DNA of 46,454 nucleotides from a virus (Duplodnaviria; Caudoviricetes), in IMG/VR virus record IMGVR_UViG_3300049198_000022, positions 1 to 46,454 of that record, one strand, 5' to 3'. Below the pieces are notes generated by a model. It was given only the letters and a program-made list of their open reading frames with translations. It had not been told where the DNA came from and ran no database searches. Of this stretch, positions 17,267 through 26,285 are shown piece after piece. Made by a program: the position numbers and the translations under genes. Numbering within the stretch: position 1 is the first letter of the stretch; the number at the start of each line of letters is the position of its first letter.

Positions 17267-17724
17267 ACCTTGGTGAGCGAGATCTTCTTGGCCTCGAACG
17301 TGCCGACGCCTGCAACGGCCACGCCTTGCTCGGCCCGCTCCTTGAACGCGGCGCGGTTGAGCGCCTTGTTCAGCAGGTCGAAGCTGTCGTTCTTCTTGAT
17401 GAAGTCATAGACCTTGTCCCAGTCTTCCACGACGGGGATGGTCTCGCGCTTGATGAGCACCTTGTACCGCTTGCCGACCACGCCGCCGCTCACGTCCATG
17501 TCGACGGTGTCGATCAGGTGGTTAGTGATGGCGTCCTCGTGGGCCTTCACGGCGTCGGTGATCTTGGACAGCGCCAGCCGCATTTCGCGGACGTCGTGAA
17601 GCTCATCTGCGAGCTGGCCGAGCTTGGTCTTGGGGAACTTGGTGCGCGTGGCGGGGAGGCCGGTCACCTTGATGCCGAGTTGCGCAGCCGCCTTGATCAG
17701 CGACTTGAGGTCTTTGGATGCCAT
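17263..17724 (-). CDS. Conserved phage replication-module protein
   Basis: Coiled coil plus VEDWDKVYDFIKKNDSFDLL...VAGV motif typical of genes preceding this SSB type; AAAGGA SD. Confidence 0.75.
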   Translation of the reverse strand: MASKDLKSLIKAAAQLGIKVTGLPATRTKFPKTKLGQLADELHDVREMRLALSKITDAVKAHEDAITNHLIDTVDMDVSGGVVGKRYKVLIKRETIPVVEDWDKVYDFIKKNDSFDLLNKALNRAAFKERAEQGVAVAGVGTFEAKKISLTKV

Positions 17725-17760
17725 GTCAATTCCTTTGGTTCTTAGAGAGTTCAGTTACTT

Positions 17761-17803
17761 GCGAGCGCTGACCAGAAAATGGAGTAAACTGGCCAGCGCC
17801 CGC
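17761..17803 (-). ncRNA. Candidate antisense hairpin RNA/5' leader with loop UUUACUCCAUUUU
   Basis: 15-bp stem with two G-U pairs that form only on the minus strand; GCTATACA -10-like box just upstream (17815-17808); loop complementary to early-gene RBSs. Confidence 0.55.
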
Positions 17804-17833
17804 GCCATGTATAGCACGCCCGCAAGGGATGCG

Positions 17834-18721
17834 CTATAGGTCGCCGCGCAGCCCCAAATATACGGGGTGGCGCGGCTTATCCTTGACCCCGATGGGCAGG
17901 AACTTGTACTTGATCACTTTGCCGAGCCACTCATCGCGGTTATCCCAGATCTCTTGGCGCTCTGCGTCGGTGAAGCCGGTGCCAACATCGAACTCGACGC
18001 CGCCGAACTGGTCGCTCATGCCGCGCACCTTAAGCGCGCCCAAGGTGCCGGTTGGCTTCATGTTCTCCTTGTGGCTGGAGCGTTCGGTGCGGCCCAGCGC
18101 GTTGCGCTTGGCCTCGTTGGCATTGTGCATCCGCTCGTCAAAGCCGATGATCATGGCCTCGGCGTCTTCGAACCGCTTCAGCTTCCACAGGGCCATGTCG
18201 GTCTTGCCGCTGCGCCCTTGCTTGTACAGGCCGGTCGTGCTGCGACCCATGAGGCCCTCGTAGCCGCGAGAAAGATACTCGGCCTCCCACCGGTCGATCT
18301 CGTCGTGTGTGCGGCACACCTGATGCGGGACCAGCTTGAGGCGCGGCGACTTCTTCTTAGCGACAAGCGCCTTGGCCTCCAGCAGCCGCTCGGTGAAGGG
18401 CATGTCGCTCTTCAGGTCAAAGACATGGAAGCACCAATCCGGCTCGCCATCCTGCGACATCACGCCGCTGACCGTGTTGCGGTAAACGTCCTTGTCGTTC
18501 GGCGGGCCGACGATCAGCTCACCGTCAAGCCCGTGCGGCAGCTTCATAGCCTTGAGCGCATTGCGGATGAACAGGTTGGGAATGTCCTTCAGCGACCGCG
18601 TGAACGGTACGCCGCCCAGTATCGTGCAGCGGATGCCGTCTAGCTTGGGGCTGACCAGCGCAGGCAGACGCGCCTTGTCAACCGAGTCAAGTTTGAATGC
18701 GAGCATCACTTTGTCTGTCAT
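17834..18721 (-). CDS. ATP-dependent DNA ligase
   Basis: SPKLDGIR (KxDG), LDGEL, FHVFD, GYEGLM, WKLK, VGTGFTD, PRHPVY. Confidence 0.95.
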   Translation of the reverse strand: MTDKVMLAFKLDSVDKARLPALVSPKLDGIRCTILGGVPFTRSLKDIPNLFIRNALKAMKLPHGLDGELIVGPPNDKDVYRNTVSGVMSQDGEPDWCFHVFDLKSDMPFTERLLEAKALVAKKKSPRLKLVPHQVCRTHDEIDRWEAEYLSRGYEGLMGRSTTGLYKQGRSGKTDMALWKLKRFEDAEAMIIGFDERMHNANEAKRNALGRTERSSHKENMKPTGTLGALKVRGMSDQFGGVEFDVGTGFTDAERQEIWDNRDEWLGKVIKYKFLPIGVKDKPRHPVYLGLRGDL

Positions 18722-19071
18722 CTTCCGTCTCCTAGATCGTGTTCGTAATCTTGTTCACCAGTTCCTCGGCACGCCGCACACTGCATCCGCAAGGCGCGGA
18801 AGCCTTTCTGCGACGAGATATACCCGCGCCCGCTGCACTTGGGGCAGGCGTTGTCTGTGACCGCGCGGGTAGATTTGGTTTGCAGCCACTCGGCCACGGT
18901 ACGCTCTGCGCGCTTGATGGCGTGGAACTCCTCCACGTCACCGCCCTTGTCGGGGTGCGCCTGCATCGCCTTGGCCCTGAACGCTTGGCTCAGGGTGGCG
19001 GCTGTCACCTGCTCGCGCTCCAACCCCAGCAGAAGCAGCGCGTCGGCGAGCGCGTCGTCCTTGCGGCTCAT
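18718..19071 (-). CDS. J-domain protein with DnaJ-type zinc finger
   Basis: HPDKGG; CPKCSGRG and CAACRGTG repeats. Confidence 0.88.
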   Translation of the reverse strand: MSRKDDALADALLLLGLEREQVTAATLSQAFRAKAMQAHPDKGGDVEEFHAIKRAERTVAEWLQTKSTRAVTDNACPKCSGRGYISSQKGFRALRMQCAACRGTGEQDYEHDLGDGR

Positions 19072-21113
19072 CAGCGTTTCTCCCTAACGGGCTGCATTTT
19101 GAGATTGTCCTCCAACTTCTTCTTGTTGGTACACTTACGCCACTGCTCCACGTTTCGCACGGCGAAGAACCGTTCCATGCGCCCCGTCGGCCCCTGCAAG
19201 GGCTGGCCCTTATATACCTGAACGAACCCAGCGGCTGACAGCTGTCGGCCAAGGCCCACGGCGGTCACGCGGCTGTTGGGGTGGTCACGCTCGTACATGT
19301 TGAGCAGCTCACGGCTGGAGAACAGGTCGCGGGTGTGGCGCATTTCACCCATTGACAGGATTTGGTCGGGGTAGGTTTTCAGCTCGTGCACCCAGCTTCC
19401 TGCGTCACCCTTAGTGGCGGCGATCATGCGCTCCTTGGCGTACGTCTTGGGCGCATGTGCGGCGGGGTTGAAGGCGGGGCTGATCTTGCGGTCTTTGAGC
19501 CACTGCATCAGGTGGCCCGCCCCGTCGCCCTTGTACCACTTGTCGTACTCTTGGTAGAACTTGTCCGGCAGTGGGTCGCCGGTAACTTCCACGATCAGGA
19601 AGCGGCGGTCTTTGTCTTCGAGGAAGAAGCTGTCGCCGTGCTGGGACGTGAAGCAGAAGTTCATGCAGTTGGGCAGACTGTACTGCGGCACGAACTTGAT
19701 GTTGATATCAATCTCGGCCTTGGTGATCAGCCGCTTCAGGACGTTCATGTAAGCACGGTTGTCTTTACCCGTAATTTCGTCGCCTAGGATGAACTGTTTG
19801 TTCTCGGCCCAGTAGGACTCCTCAAGGTCAGCGTCGGCGATTTCCTTGAAGTTGTCGCCGTATATGCGGCCCAGCGTGTAGCCGATCAGCGTCTTACCCG
19901 TGCCTTGCGCGAGGCCGTGGATGACCACGGCCACGAACATCTTGGCTCCGGGATTCTGGATGGGGTAGGCGCACCAATCGTAGAAGTACTCAAGCACGCC
20001 TTCCTCGGCGTCGTCAAAGATGAACTCGCATAGCTTGAGCCAAGGCTTGACGTCACCCTTGGTGGGCTCCACTCCCCAGCCGCGCCATTGGTTGAACTCG
20101 TTCTTGTTCGTGATCATCGGCTGTCCTGGAGCGTAGGTCAGGCGCTTCACGCTCCGGCGCAGCGGCCAGCGCAGCCACACCGGCGCGGCAGGCACCTTTT
20201 CACGCAAGAGGTCGCCCTTGGCACTGATCTTGGTTTCAGTGGTGCTGGCGGTGGCCCAGCGGCTATGACCGCGAAACTGCTCGGCGTTCATCTTCTGGCC
20301 GGTCTCGGACACGACCAACAGGCCAGGATCCTCTACGTAGACCACGTCCTCGTTGATACGCCATAGCGCGCGGCTCAGGCCCAGCGGTTCGGCGGCTTCC
20401 AGCAAGTCCTTCAGGTCTTCGTCAGTGTTGGCCAGCAGGTAGTCGTCCAGCCCGACCTTGGTCTCGTTCTCACCGTCGGGCAGAGCCAGCATCTTGAGCT
20501 GCGCGCCGTGTTCCTCCAGCTCACTGGTCAGGGCGTTGATGGCAAGGCACACGTTGGGCTTGGTCAGGTAGTCGCTGTCAAAGCAGATGAACACCGTGCG
20601 CTTGGCCCAGTTGAACGCCTTGAGCTCGGGCAGAAGCCAGACCCCCTCCTTGCTGGAGCGGAAGTTCCAGACGCCGCCGAGGCCAATGGTGGGGAACCCC
20701 GCCGCGCAGGCGGCGGCGGCTTTGAGCTCGCCTTCGGTGATGATAATGTCGTAGTCAGCGTCTTTGGATATGGTGGCCCAGTCGCTGCTCGTGGGCATAT
20801 AGGCGCACACTCCGCTGTTTGGCGGCTGCGCGTAGCGTTGCTCTTTGGCACCTGCGGCGTCTTTGAAGCCGAACGCCTGTTTGTCTAGATACCGCACCCG
20901 AAAGAAGTTCGGCCACTTGGGATGGCTGGACATCGGCTTCTTGTCAATACCCATGTATGGGATGACTAGGGCGGGGCGGGCTTCCAGCGACTTGTCAAGC
21001 GTCATGGCGCTGGCCACTTCGTACATACCTAGGGCCGACCCTTGGGCGCTGGTGAGGCCGCTGCTCAGCAGCTTCTCCTTGCCTAGTTTCGTCCACTCGC
21101 CCTTGCGTGCCAT
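19071..21113 (-). CDS. Primase-helicase (TOPRIM/DUF3854-like plus SF3/DUF5906-like P-loop)
   Basis: IITEGELKA, IGLGGVW, ICFDSD, KVGLDDYL; GTGKT, ILGDE, DRRF. Confidence 0.88.
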   Translation of the reverse strand: MARKGEWTKLGKEKLLSSGLTSAQGSALGMYEVASAMTLDKSLEARPALVIPYMGIDKKPMSSHPKWPNFFRVRYLDKQAFGFKDAAGAKEQRYAQPPNSGVCAYMPTSSDWATISKDADYDIIITEGELKAAAACAAGFPTIGLGGVWNFRSSKEGVWLLPELKAFNWAKRTVFICFDSDYLTKPNVCLAINALTSELEEHGAQLKMLALPDGENETKVGLDDYLLANTDEDLKDLLEAAEPLGLSRALWRINEDVVYVEDPGLLVVSETGQKMNAEQFRGHSRWATASTTETKISAKGDLLREKVPAAPVWLRWPLRRSVKRLTYAPGQPMITNKNEFNQWRGWGVEPTKGDVKPWLKLCEFIFDDAEEGVLEYFYDWCAYPIQNPGAKMFVAVVIHGLAQGTGKTLIGYTLGRIYGDNFKEIADADLEESYWAENKQFILGDEITGKDNRAYMNVLKRLITKAEIDINIKFVPQYSLPNCMNFCFTSQHGDSFFLEDKDRRFLIVEVTGDPLPDKFYQEYDKWYKGDGAGHLMQWLKDRKISPAFNPAAHAPKTYAKERMIAATKGDAGSWVHELKTYPDQILSMGEMRHTRDLFSSRELLNMYERDHPNSRVTAVGLGRQLSAAGFVQVYKGQPLQGPTGRMERFFAVRNVEQWRKCTNKKKLEDNLKMQPVREKR

Positions 21114-21137
21114 AAAGCCCCTCTAAATTGTGTCCAG

Positions 21138-21170
21138 AAAAATCGCCCGCACCGTGTTAGGGCGCGGGCG
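21138..21170 (-). terminator. Rho-independent terminator at the end of the early gene block
   Basis: CGCCCGC...GCGGGCG stem followed by AUUUUU on the minus strand. Confidence 0.65.
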
Positions 21171-21191
21171 TCGTGCTGGGGTGGCAGTCTG

Positions 21192-21205
21192 CTAACCTAG
21201 GTTAG
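21192..21205. promoter_or_regulatory. Perfect 14-bp palindrome CTAACCTAGGTTAG
   Basis: Directly visible in the intergenic gap upstream of the primase; function inferred. Confidence 0.45.
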
Positions 21206-21227
21206 TATCGCGGGTTGCCAGCGGGTG

Positions 21228-21626
21228 TTATAGCGCGTGCCGGTTGGGAACGCAAGCGACCCCTGTCGAGGGCTCGTAGGGCAGTCCCAGCAGGTCGGGG
21301 GCTAGGTGGGTTACATGGGCAGGGCTGTGGTCACGCTGATTGATGTCGAGGCCCTCCTGAACCATCTCGAACTGGTCGCAGTCGTCGCAGTAAAACACCC
21401 GCCCAAGCTGCCACACCCGCGTCGCCTCGTTGAACCGCGCTCCGATGAACGTCTTGCCAAGAGGGATGGCCAGTTTGTGGTCGGCCAGCTTGGTCCAGTT
21501 GAGGCGGCGGGAGTCCTCCATCATGGGGTAGTAGATGGGCGCTGGTTCGGCCGGTACGCACACTCCGCACTCCATGCAGTATGCGGCGCGGCTGGTCAGA
21601 CCGACTTCTTCATGATTGCAAGGCAT
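21228..21626 (-). CDS. Hypothetical Cys-rich protein
   Basis: CNH...CMEC, CDDC; GGAGG SD nearby. Confidence 0.6.
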   Translation of the reverse strand: MPCNHEEVGLTSRAAYCMECGVCVPAEPAPIYYPMMEDSRRLNWTKLADHKLAIPLGKTFIGARFNEATRVWQLGRVFYCDDCDQFEMVQEGLDINQRDHSPAHVTHLAPDLLGLPYEPSTGVACVPNRHAL

Positions 21627-21627
21627 C

Positions 21628-22242
21628 TCATTTCCTCCGTGTTATGTCGACGATGTGTGCGGCCATCTGTTCTACGATGTCCCGTGGTGGGTCGCCCGCC
21701 CCTAGTTGCCTGAGCATGGAGCGCGCGATTTTTACGGCGATATCCTTGCGCCGTTCAAGGTTGTACTGTTCGAAGTCTACGGGCAGGCGCTCTACGACGT
21801 GCAGGTCAAGCTCCTCGGCACTCATGCGCAGGGTGTGCCTTCCGTACGCTTGGTCGCGTACAAGCTCAAGACTTATGCTGGTCATACCGTCGGTGCGGGT
21901 AGTGCGCTCATTGTCAGACTTCTTGGTCAGCTTGTTGAAGCCGCCCTTGTTGTGCTTCTGATAGTCGTACCCGCTCTGCTTGCGCGCTTCCTCCGCCATC
22001 TTCTGGACGTCTGACCATTGCGTGCCGCGAAGGTACTCCTCGAAGTATGACAAGTCGTCGAACCACGAACTGTCGGACTTCTTGGGCTCGGGCGGCGCTT
22101 TCTGCGGCTTGCTGTCGAGTTCGGCCCTAAGTTCCGCCACCTTCTGACGCAGCGCCTCACATTCGGCGCGCTCTTCGGCCAGCAGCAGCTCCGCGGCTTC
22201 GGCTCGCATGGCGGCGTTGGCGCAGTCGGGGCAGTTATTCAT
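21628..22242 (-). CDS. Hypothetical coiled-coil protein
   Basis: Start MNNCPDC at 22242 via ATGA overlap. Confidence 0.65.
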   Translation of the reverse strand: MNNCPDCANAAMRAEAAELLLAEERAECEALRQKVAELRAELDSKPQKAPPEPKKSDSSWFDDLSYFEEYLRGTQWSDVQKMAEEARKQSGYDYQKHNKGGFNKLTKKSDNERTTRTDGMTSISLELVRDQAYGRHTLRMSAEELDLHVVERLPVDFEQYNLERRKDIAVKIARSMLRQLGAGDPPRDIVEQMAAHIVDITRRK

Positions 22243-22358
22243 GACACGTCCCTTTCGTAGCTGTCGCCGCATTTCGAGCAAGTATATTGAAGCGTGGTGC
22301 CGCCATACGGCTCGCGCTCATAGTCGTGATCGCACGACTTCGTATCCTCGGTCTTCAT
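22239..22358 (-). CDS. 39-aa zinc-finger microprotein (MKTEDTKSCDHDY...CSKCGDSYERDVS)
   Basis: Hand-translated; ATGA overlaps at both ends; CxH...CxxC. Confidence 0.65.
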   Translation of the reverse strand: MKTEDTKSCDHDYEREPYGGTTLQYTCSKCGDSYERDVS

Positions 22359-22723
22359 TTCGGCATCCTATCGTTAATGCGGGAGCGGTTGATTGCCAGC
22401 GCCTCGGGGGTCGGTATCCAGTACTGATGATACGGCTTGGGGAGCTGCCGCATTCCTGGGACCGTGATCAGCGTAGGGTTATACCCGCGCCTGAACATCT
22501 CTGCGATTAGCTGACCGTGGCGCTCGCGCACGTAGGCCATCCGCGTGTAGAAGAACTTGACGTGGCCAGCGCCCAGCGTGTACTCGCTCGGCACGGCTGT
22601 CCAGCTCCCCATGCGGTCGTGGTGCGCCTGCGCCAGCGCATACACCCGAGGCAACTCGCGATACTCTGCGACTAAGTGCTTCGGGTGTAGCTCGGCCACA
22701 GGCACGCAGTTGATGCGGGTCAT
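22355..22723 (-). CDS. denV: Pyrimidine-dimer DNA glycosylase / endonuclease V
   Basis: MTRIN...HLVAEYRELPRV, YTLGAGHVKFFY, EMFRRGY, NRSRI, as in T4 DenV. Confidence 0.93.
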   Translation of the reverse strand: MTRINCVPVAELHPKHLVAEYRELPRVYALAQAHHDRMGSWTAVPSEYTLGAGHVKFFYTRMAYVRERHGQLIAEMFRRGYNPTLITVPGMRQLPKPYHQYWIPTPEALAINRSRINDRMPK

Positions 22724-23124
22724 TTCGGTTCTCCCTGCTGCGCGAGGTAGGCTCGGAGGTTAGCGAGGGTTGGCGCAAAGTGCGCTTCGATTGCGGCCTT
22801 CAATTCCTCGTAAGCGGCCATCGCATCGGGCGTCCAACCGCAGTCGTCGTCGCTCTCTTGGTCGGGGTTGTCGAAGTGGCTGCATATTGTCACCGCCAGA
22901 TTGTCCCCGCCCATCGAAGGCACGCTGACATTCATCACGGTTTCAATGGCGCGGGCCAAAGCCCCCTCCGCCTCACGCATCACCGCAAGCGCGTCTGCTT
23001 GGGATGCGATCCGGTGGCGGGCGGCAATCTCCCTGCGCCGATACATATCATCCTTGGCGATATACATCAGGTCGGCGCACTGCTTGTCAGCCTGCGTCAC
23101 CGCCACAGTATCCCCGCCGCTCAT
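22720..23124 (-). CDS. Hypothetical protein
   Basis: ATGA-coupled ORF with GGAG SD. Confidence 0.65.
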   Translation of the reverse strand: MSGGDTVAVTQADKQCADLMYIAKDDMYRRREIAARHRIASQADALAVMREAEGALARAIETVMNVSVPSMGGDNLAVTICSHFDNPDQESDDDCGWTPDAMAAYEELKAAIEAHFAPTLANLRAYLAQQGEPK

Positions 23125-23417
23125 TTCGGCTCTCCGGTCATGTGGGCGCGAAGGCGGCGGGCCATTTCGAGGGCGGCGTTATAACTGCCATACATATCGT
23201 TCAATTCAGACGCCCAATTCCGCAACTCATCTTCGCTCGGCCACGCTGCCACAGGTGCGCAGGAGAGGGTGGCGCGGATGGCGGCTTCAATCTCGCTGTC
23301 GTCTCTCATATCGCGCACCATCTTCATGATTGCAGCGACCGGCTCCACGCCCATCGCGGCGATCTGCGCATCAATAGCCTCGCGCTCGGCAAGCAGTTGT
23401 TCTCGGGTTTTGGTCAT
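23121..23417 (-). CDS. Hypothetical protein (MTKTREQLL...)
   Basis: ATGA-coupled; AAGGAAGG SD. Confidence 0.65.
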   Translation of the reverse strand: MTKTREQLLAEREAIDAQIAAMGVEPVAAIMKMVRDMRDDSEIEAAIRATLSCAPVAAWPSEDELRNWASELNDMYGSYNAALEMARRLRAHMTGEPK

Positions 23418-23728
23418 TTCACACCTTCCTTCCATGCTGCTAGGGTGCGCTCCAGCCAGTCGTCCTTGACCGGCGCGAGTTCGAAATACCATCCGGCGGT
23501 CAGCTCTCTGGTCGCCTTCATCTTAATTCCGGCCCTGACCCACAGAAAATATCCTCGGTACGGGCTGGGGTCCATGCCTTCCAGCGTGCATCCCAGCCCG
23601 TACTTCATTTCGTATATTGACGCGATGCGGTAGGTCCTGCCGAGGATCGGTCGCTGAACGGGGCGGTTCAGTTTGTCGTGGCCTCCGTTCCTCAGCGCCA
23701 CCACGACATCGCCTACCGCGACGCTCAC
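23414..23728 (-). CDS. Hypothetical protein
   Basis: GTGA-coupled ORF. Confidence 0.6.
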   Translation of the reverse strand: MSVAVGDVVVALRNGGHDKLNRPVQRPILGRTYRIASIYEMKYGLGCTLEGMDPSPYRGYFLWVRAGIKMKATRELTAGWYFELAPVKDDWLERTLAAWKEGVK

Positions 23729-24207
23729 TTGCGCAGCGCCCGACGGAGCAAGTCGCCAAGCGTACTACCCCCGCCGCCCATTGCCGCGATCATGTCCTCC
23801 ACGCGCTTCCGCGACGCTTCCATCATGGCCTTGCCTTCAGCCTCGGGCAAGGTGCTGACGTAGTCGGCCATCGAAATAGCGGCGGACTGCATCATAGCCT
23901 CTTCCAAGACTTGCAACTGCGCGATGATCAGGCGGGTGGCCACCAGACCGAATATCGCAGTGGCGGGCGCATTGCGCGCCATGCCATCGGCCTCGGCCAT
24001 GCGGTTGACCGCCATCGCAGCAACGTCATCGATGAGTGAGGGCAAGAGCGCTCCCAGCGCCAACTGCTCGGGGATGCTCGTGACGTCCTCAAATCCAGGA
24101 CAGCCGCACAACTCATCCACCCCCGCCTGCGCCCTAACATGCGGCGCGTGGTCGGTCCCCTCTTCAATGCCGAAAAGCTCCCGAGCTTTCTGGGTAAGTT
24201 TATCCAC
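23725..24207 (-). CDS. Hypothetical protein
   Basis: AAGGAG SD before GTG. Confidence 0.65.
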   Translation of the reverse strand: MDKLTQKARELFGIEEGTDHAPHVRAQAGVDELCGCPGFEDVTSIPEQLALGALLPSLIDDVAAMAVNRMAEADGMARNAPATAIFGLVATRLIIAQLQVLEEAMMQSAAISMADYVSTLPEAEGKAMMEASRKRVEDMIAAMGGGGSTLGDLLRRALRK

Positions 24208-24219
24208 TTTTCATTCTCC

Positions 24220-24405
24220 TTACATAGGTCCAGCGGACCGCAGTTGACTTGCCTTCTTGCGAGCAGCTATGCGCGCATCGTGCTTCGTGGCGGTGAGGGC
24301 CAGCGCAATAGGCTCCTCTCCGATATAGACAACCGGAAGCCATCCGCCTGCCACCCGACGCGCCGCCCACGAGACGCGCCGGAACTTCTTTGCCGCATTT
24401 GTCAC
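24220..24405 (-). CDS. Small basic hypothetical protein
   Basis: GTGA-coupled ORF. Confidence 0.55.
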   Translation of the reverse strand: MTNAAKKFRRVSWAARRVAGGWLPVVYIGEEPIALALTATKHDARIAARKKASQLRSAGPM

Positions 24406-25259
24406 AGCGCCTCCAACTCTGCGATAGGCTCGCCGGTTGCGCGGATAGCCGCAGCATTGATCTGCTGCTCCGCCTGACGCACCGCATCTTGGAGCGTGCC
24501 TGCGCCCGTGCCGGTGGAGCCCGTTTGCAGACCGTCAATGCAGAGCGCATCGGGGTTGAGGTTGAGGACGTCGTCCGGAACCATAGGTACGACATTTCCG
24601 TACCCATAGTCTTCCATCGCCGCTGGCATTCGCTCCCACACGCCGAACGCAAGGCGGCGGAAAGCCGCAGGGTGGCCAAGGCCGAACGCGACAGCGCTCA
24701 GGTCCAGTGGGTCGCCAGCCTGCTTGATGGTCCACACTACGCATCCGCGCTTGCCCCTGAGCCTGCTGACAGCGCAGCCGATCAGCTCAATGCGGACGCC
24801 TCGGTTCTCAAGGCGGTCAATGATGCTGACCATTGCGGCGGCGAAGTTTGCCATGCGCCGCGCCGACGTGCCTGCCGAGCAGCACACGTTGACGCAGATG
24901 GTCATGGTCTGGCGCGGCTTGTGCGCATTGCCACGGCGGACCATGTTGAACGGGTCGCCGCTGATCGCACGGGCGACGTCAGCGTAGTCACCGCCGACGC
25001 TATAGGTGCGCTCAGCCCGCTGGCCGGTCGGGATGGAGTTGATCAGCGCAGACACCTTGCCGACGCCATCCTCCCATCCCTCGCTGGCCAGCCGCACCGC
25101 GCCTTCGTAACCGGCGCTGAGGTCCCAGTCGTGGTCGCGCCCCGTGGCACGGCTGGCGGCCTGCTTCCACGTCCTCGGCGTTTCGGCCGACCAAGTGGCC
25201 ATCTGGAGGGCACTGTCAAACTGATAGATGACCCGCTGCTCGTCAGTGAACTTAAGCAT
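24402..25259 (-). CDS. VWA-like (CobT-like) partner of the AAA+ ATPase
   Basis: Start MLKFTD at 25259; alternating beta/alpha core (TICVNVCCSAG, IIDRLENRGVRIEL, HPAAFRR); directly downstream of the MoxR-type ATPase. Confidence 0.6.
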   Translation of the reverse strand: MLKFTDEQRVIYQFDSALQMATWSAETPRTWKQAASRATGRDHDWDLSAGYEGAVRLASEGWEDGVGKVSALINSIPTGQRAERTYSVGGDYADVARAISGDPFNMVRRGNAHKPRQTMTICVNVCCSAGTSARRMANFAAAMVSIIDRLENRGVRIELIGCAVSRLRGKRGCVVWTIKQAGDPLDLSAVAFGLGHPAAFRRLAFGVWERMPAAMEDYGYGNVVPMVPDDVLNLNPDALCIDGLQTGSTGTGAGTLQDAVRQAEQQINAAAIRATGEPIAELEAL

Positions 25260-26283
25260 GATAGCTCTCCCCGAGGCGTGCTGCGACGCGCGCACGATTG
25301 GTCGCATCCAGACCCTTCCAGATGCAGGCTTCTTCAACCTTGGCCTTGTCCATGCCAGCGGCGAGCAGCTTGGCGCCGGTGATGCTGGCACGGGGCGACA
25401 CGATGTGGCGCACCTTTTCAACGGTGATCGCACGACGCACCGCTTGCACCCGCTTGACCCAGTCGGCGTCAACCGCCAGCTTGAGCTCCAGCGCCTCGTC
25501 GTAGTCCACCTCAAACACGGTGAACCGGTCCAGCGTGGCTGCGTCCAGCTGATTGCGACCGACGTACTGGCGGTCAGCGCCGCGACCGAAGGTGTTCCCC
25601 GCAGCAATGGCGAAGAAGTCCTTGTGCCGCTTGACGAGTCCGTCAGGGAAGGGGCAAGTGTCGTTGGCAAGTGCCGCATTGAAGGCGGTCATTGCGTCGG
25701 CGTCGCTCGCGTCCACCTCGTCAAACAGGAAGCCGCCGCCGTGCTCATAGGCCTCGCGGAATTGTGTGCGCACGACCTTGCCGTGTGCGTCGATAAAGCC
25801 GAGCAGCTTGAACTCGCTCGTGACGCGCGCCTCCATGTAGAAGGGGCGCTGCAAGATCGTGCAGATTTGTTCGGCCAGCGTGGTCTTGCCCGAGCCAGCC
25901 GGACCCACGATCATGGGCGATGCGCCTGCCACTACGGCGAGCAGCACGTCCTCCAGCATGTTATGGGCCAAGTCCACCTTGACCGCAGGCAACTTGCCAA
26001 CCTTGATCTCGGTCACACGGCTGAGCAAGTTCAGGTTGTCCTTGACGAGCTCGGGCACAAGTGCCGCCATGCGCTGCGCCATAAGGTCCACGACCTTGGT
26101 CACCGCCTCGTCCTTGGGGTCAACCGCTTCGGTCTTGGTCACCGCAGGAACAGCGCCCGCGATGCAGTTGCCCAGCGTGTGACGGACGGTCCAGCGACCG
26201 TCTACTTGCTCGGCGACGCCGAGGCCTGCGGGAACCTTGTGGCCGCACTTGTGGCAGACGCCTTCGTACTGATTGGTCTTCAT
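25252..26283 (-). CDS. MoxR/CobS-like AAA+ ATPase with N-terminal zinc ribbon
   Basis: GPAGSGKT, FLFDEVD, AGNTFGRG...YVGRNQLDAATLDRF, SPR; N-terminal CHKCG. Confidence 0.9.
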   Translation of the reverse strand: MKTNQYEGVCHKCGHKVPAGLGVAEQVDGRWTVRHTLGNCIAGAVPAVTKTEAVDPKDEAVTKVVDLMAQRMAALVPELVKDNLNLLSRVTEIKVGKLPAVKVDLAHNMLEDVLLAVVAGASPMIVGPAGSGKTTLAEQICTILQRPFYMEARVTSEFKLLGFIDAHGKVVRTQFREAYEHGGGFLFDEVDASDADAMTAFNAALANDTCPFPDGLVKRHKDFFAIAAGNTFGRGADRQYVGRNQLDAATLDRFTVFEVDYDEALELKLAVDADWVKRVQAVRRAITVEKVRHIVSPRASITGAKLLAAGMDKAKVEEACIWKGLDATNRARVAARLGESYHA

Positions 26284-26285
26284 GA

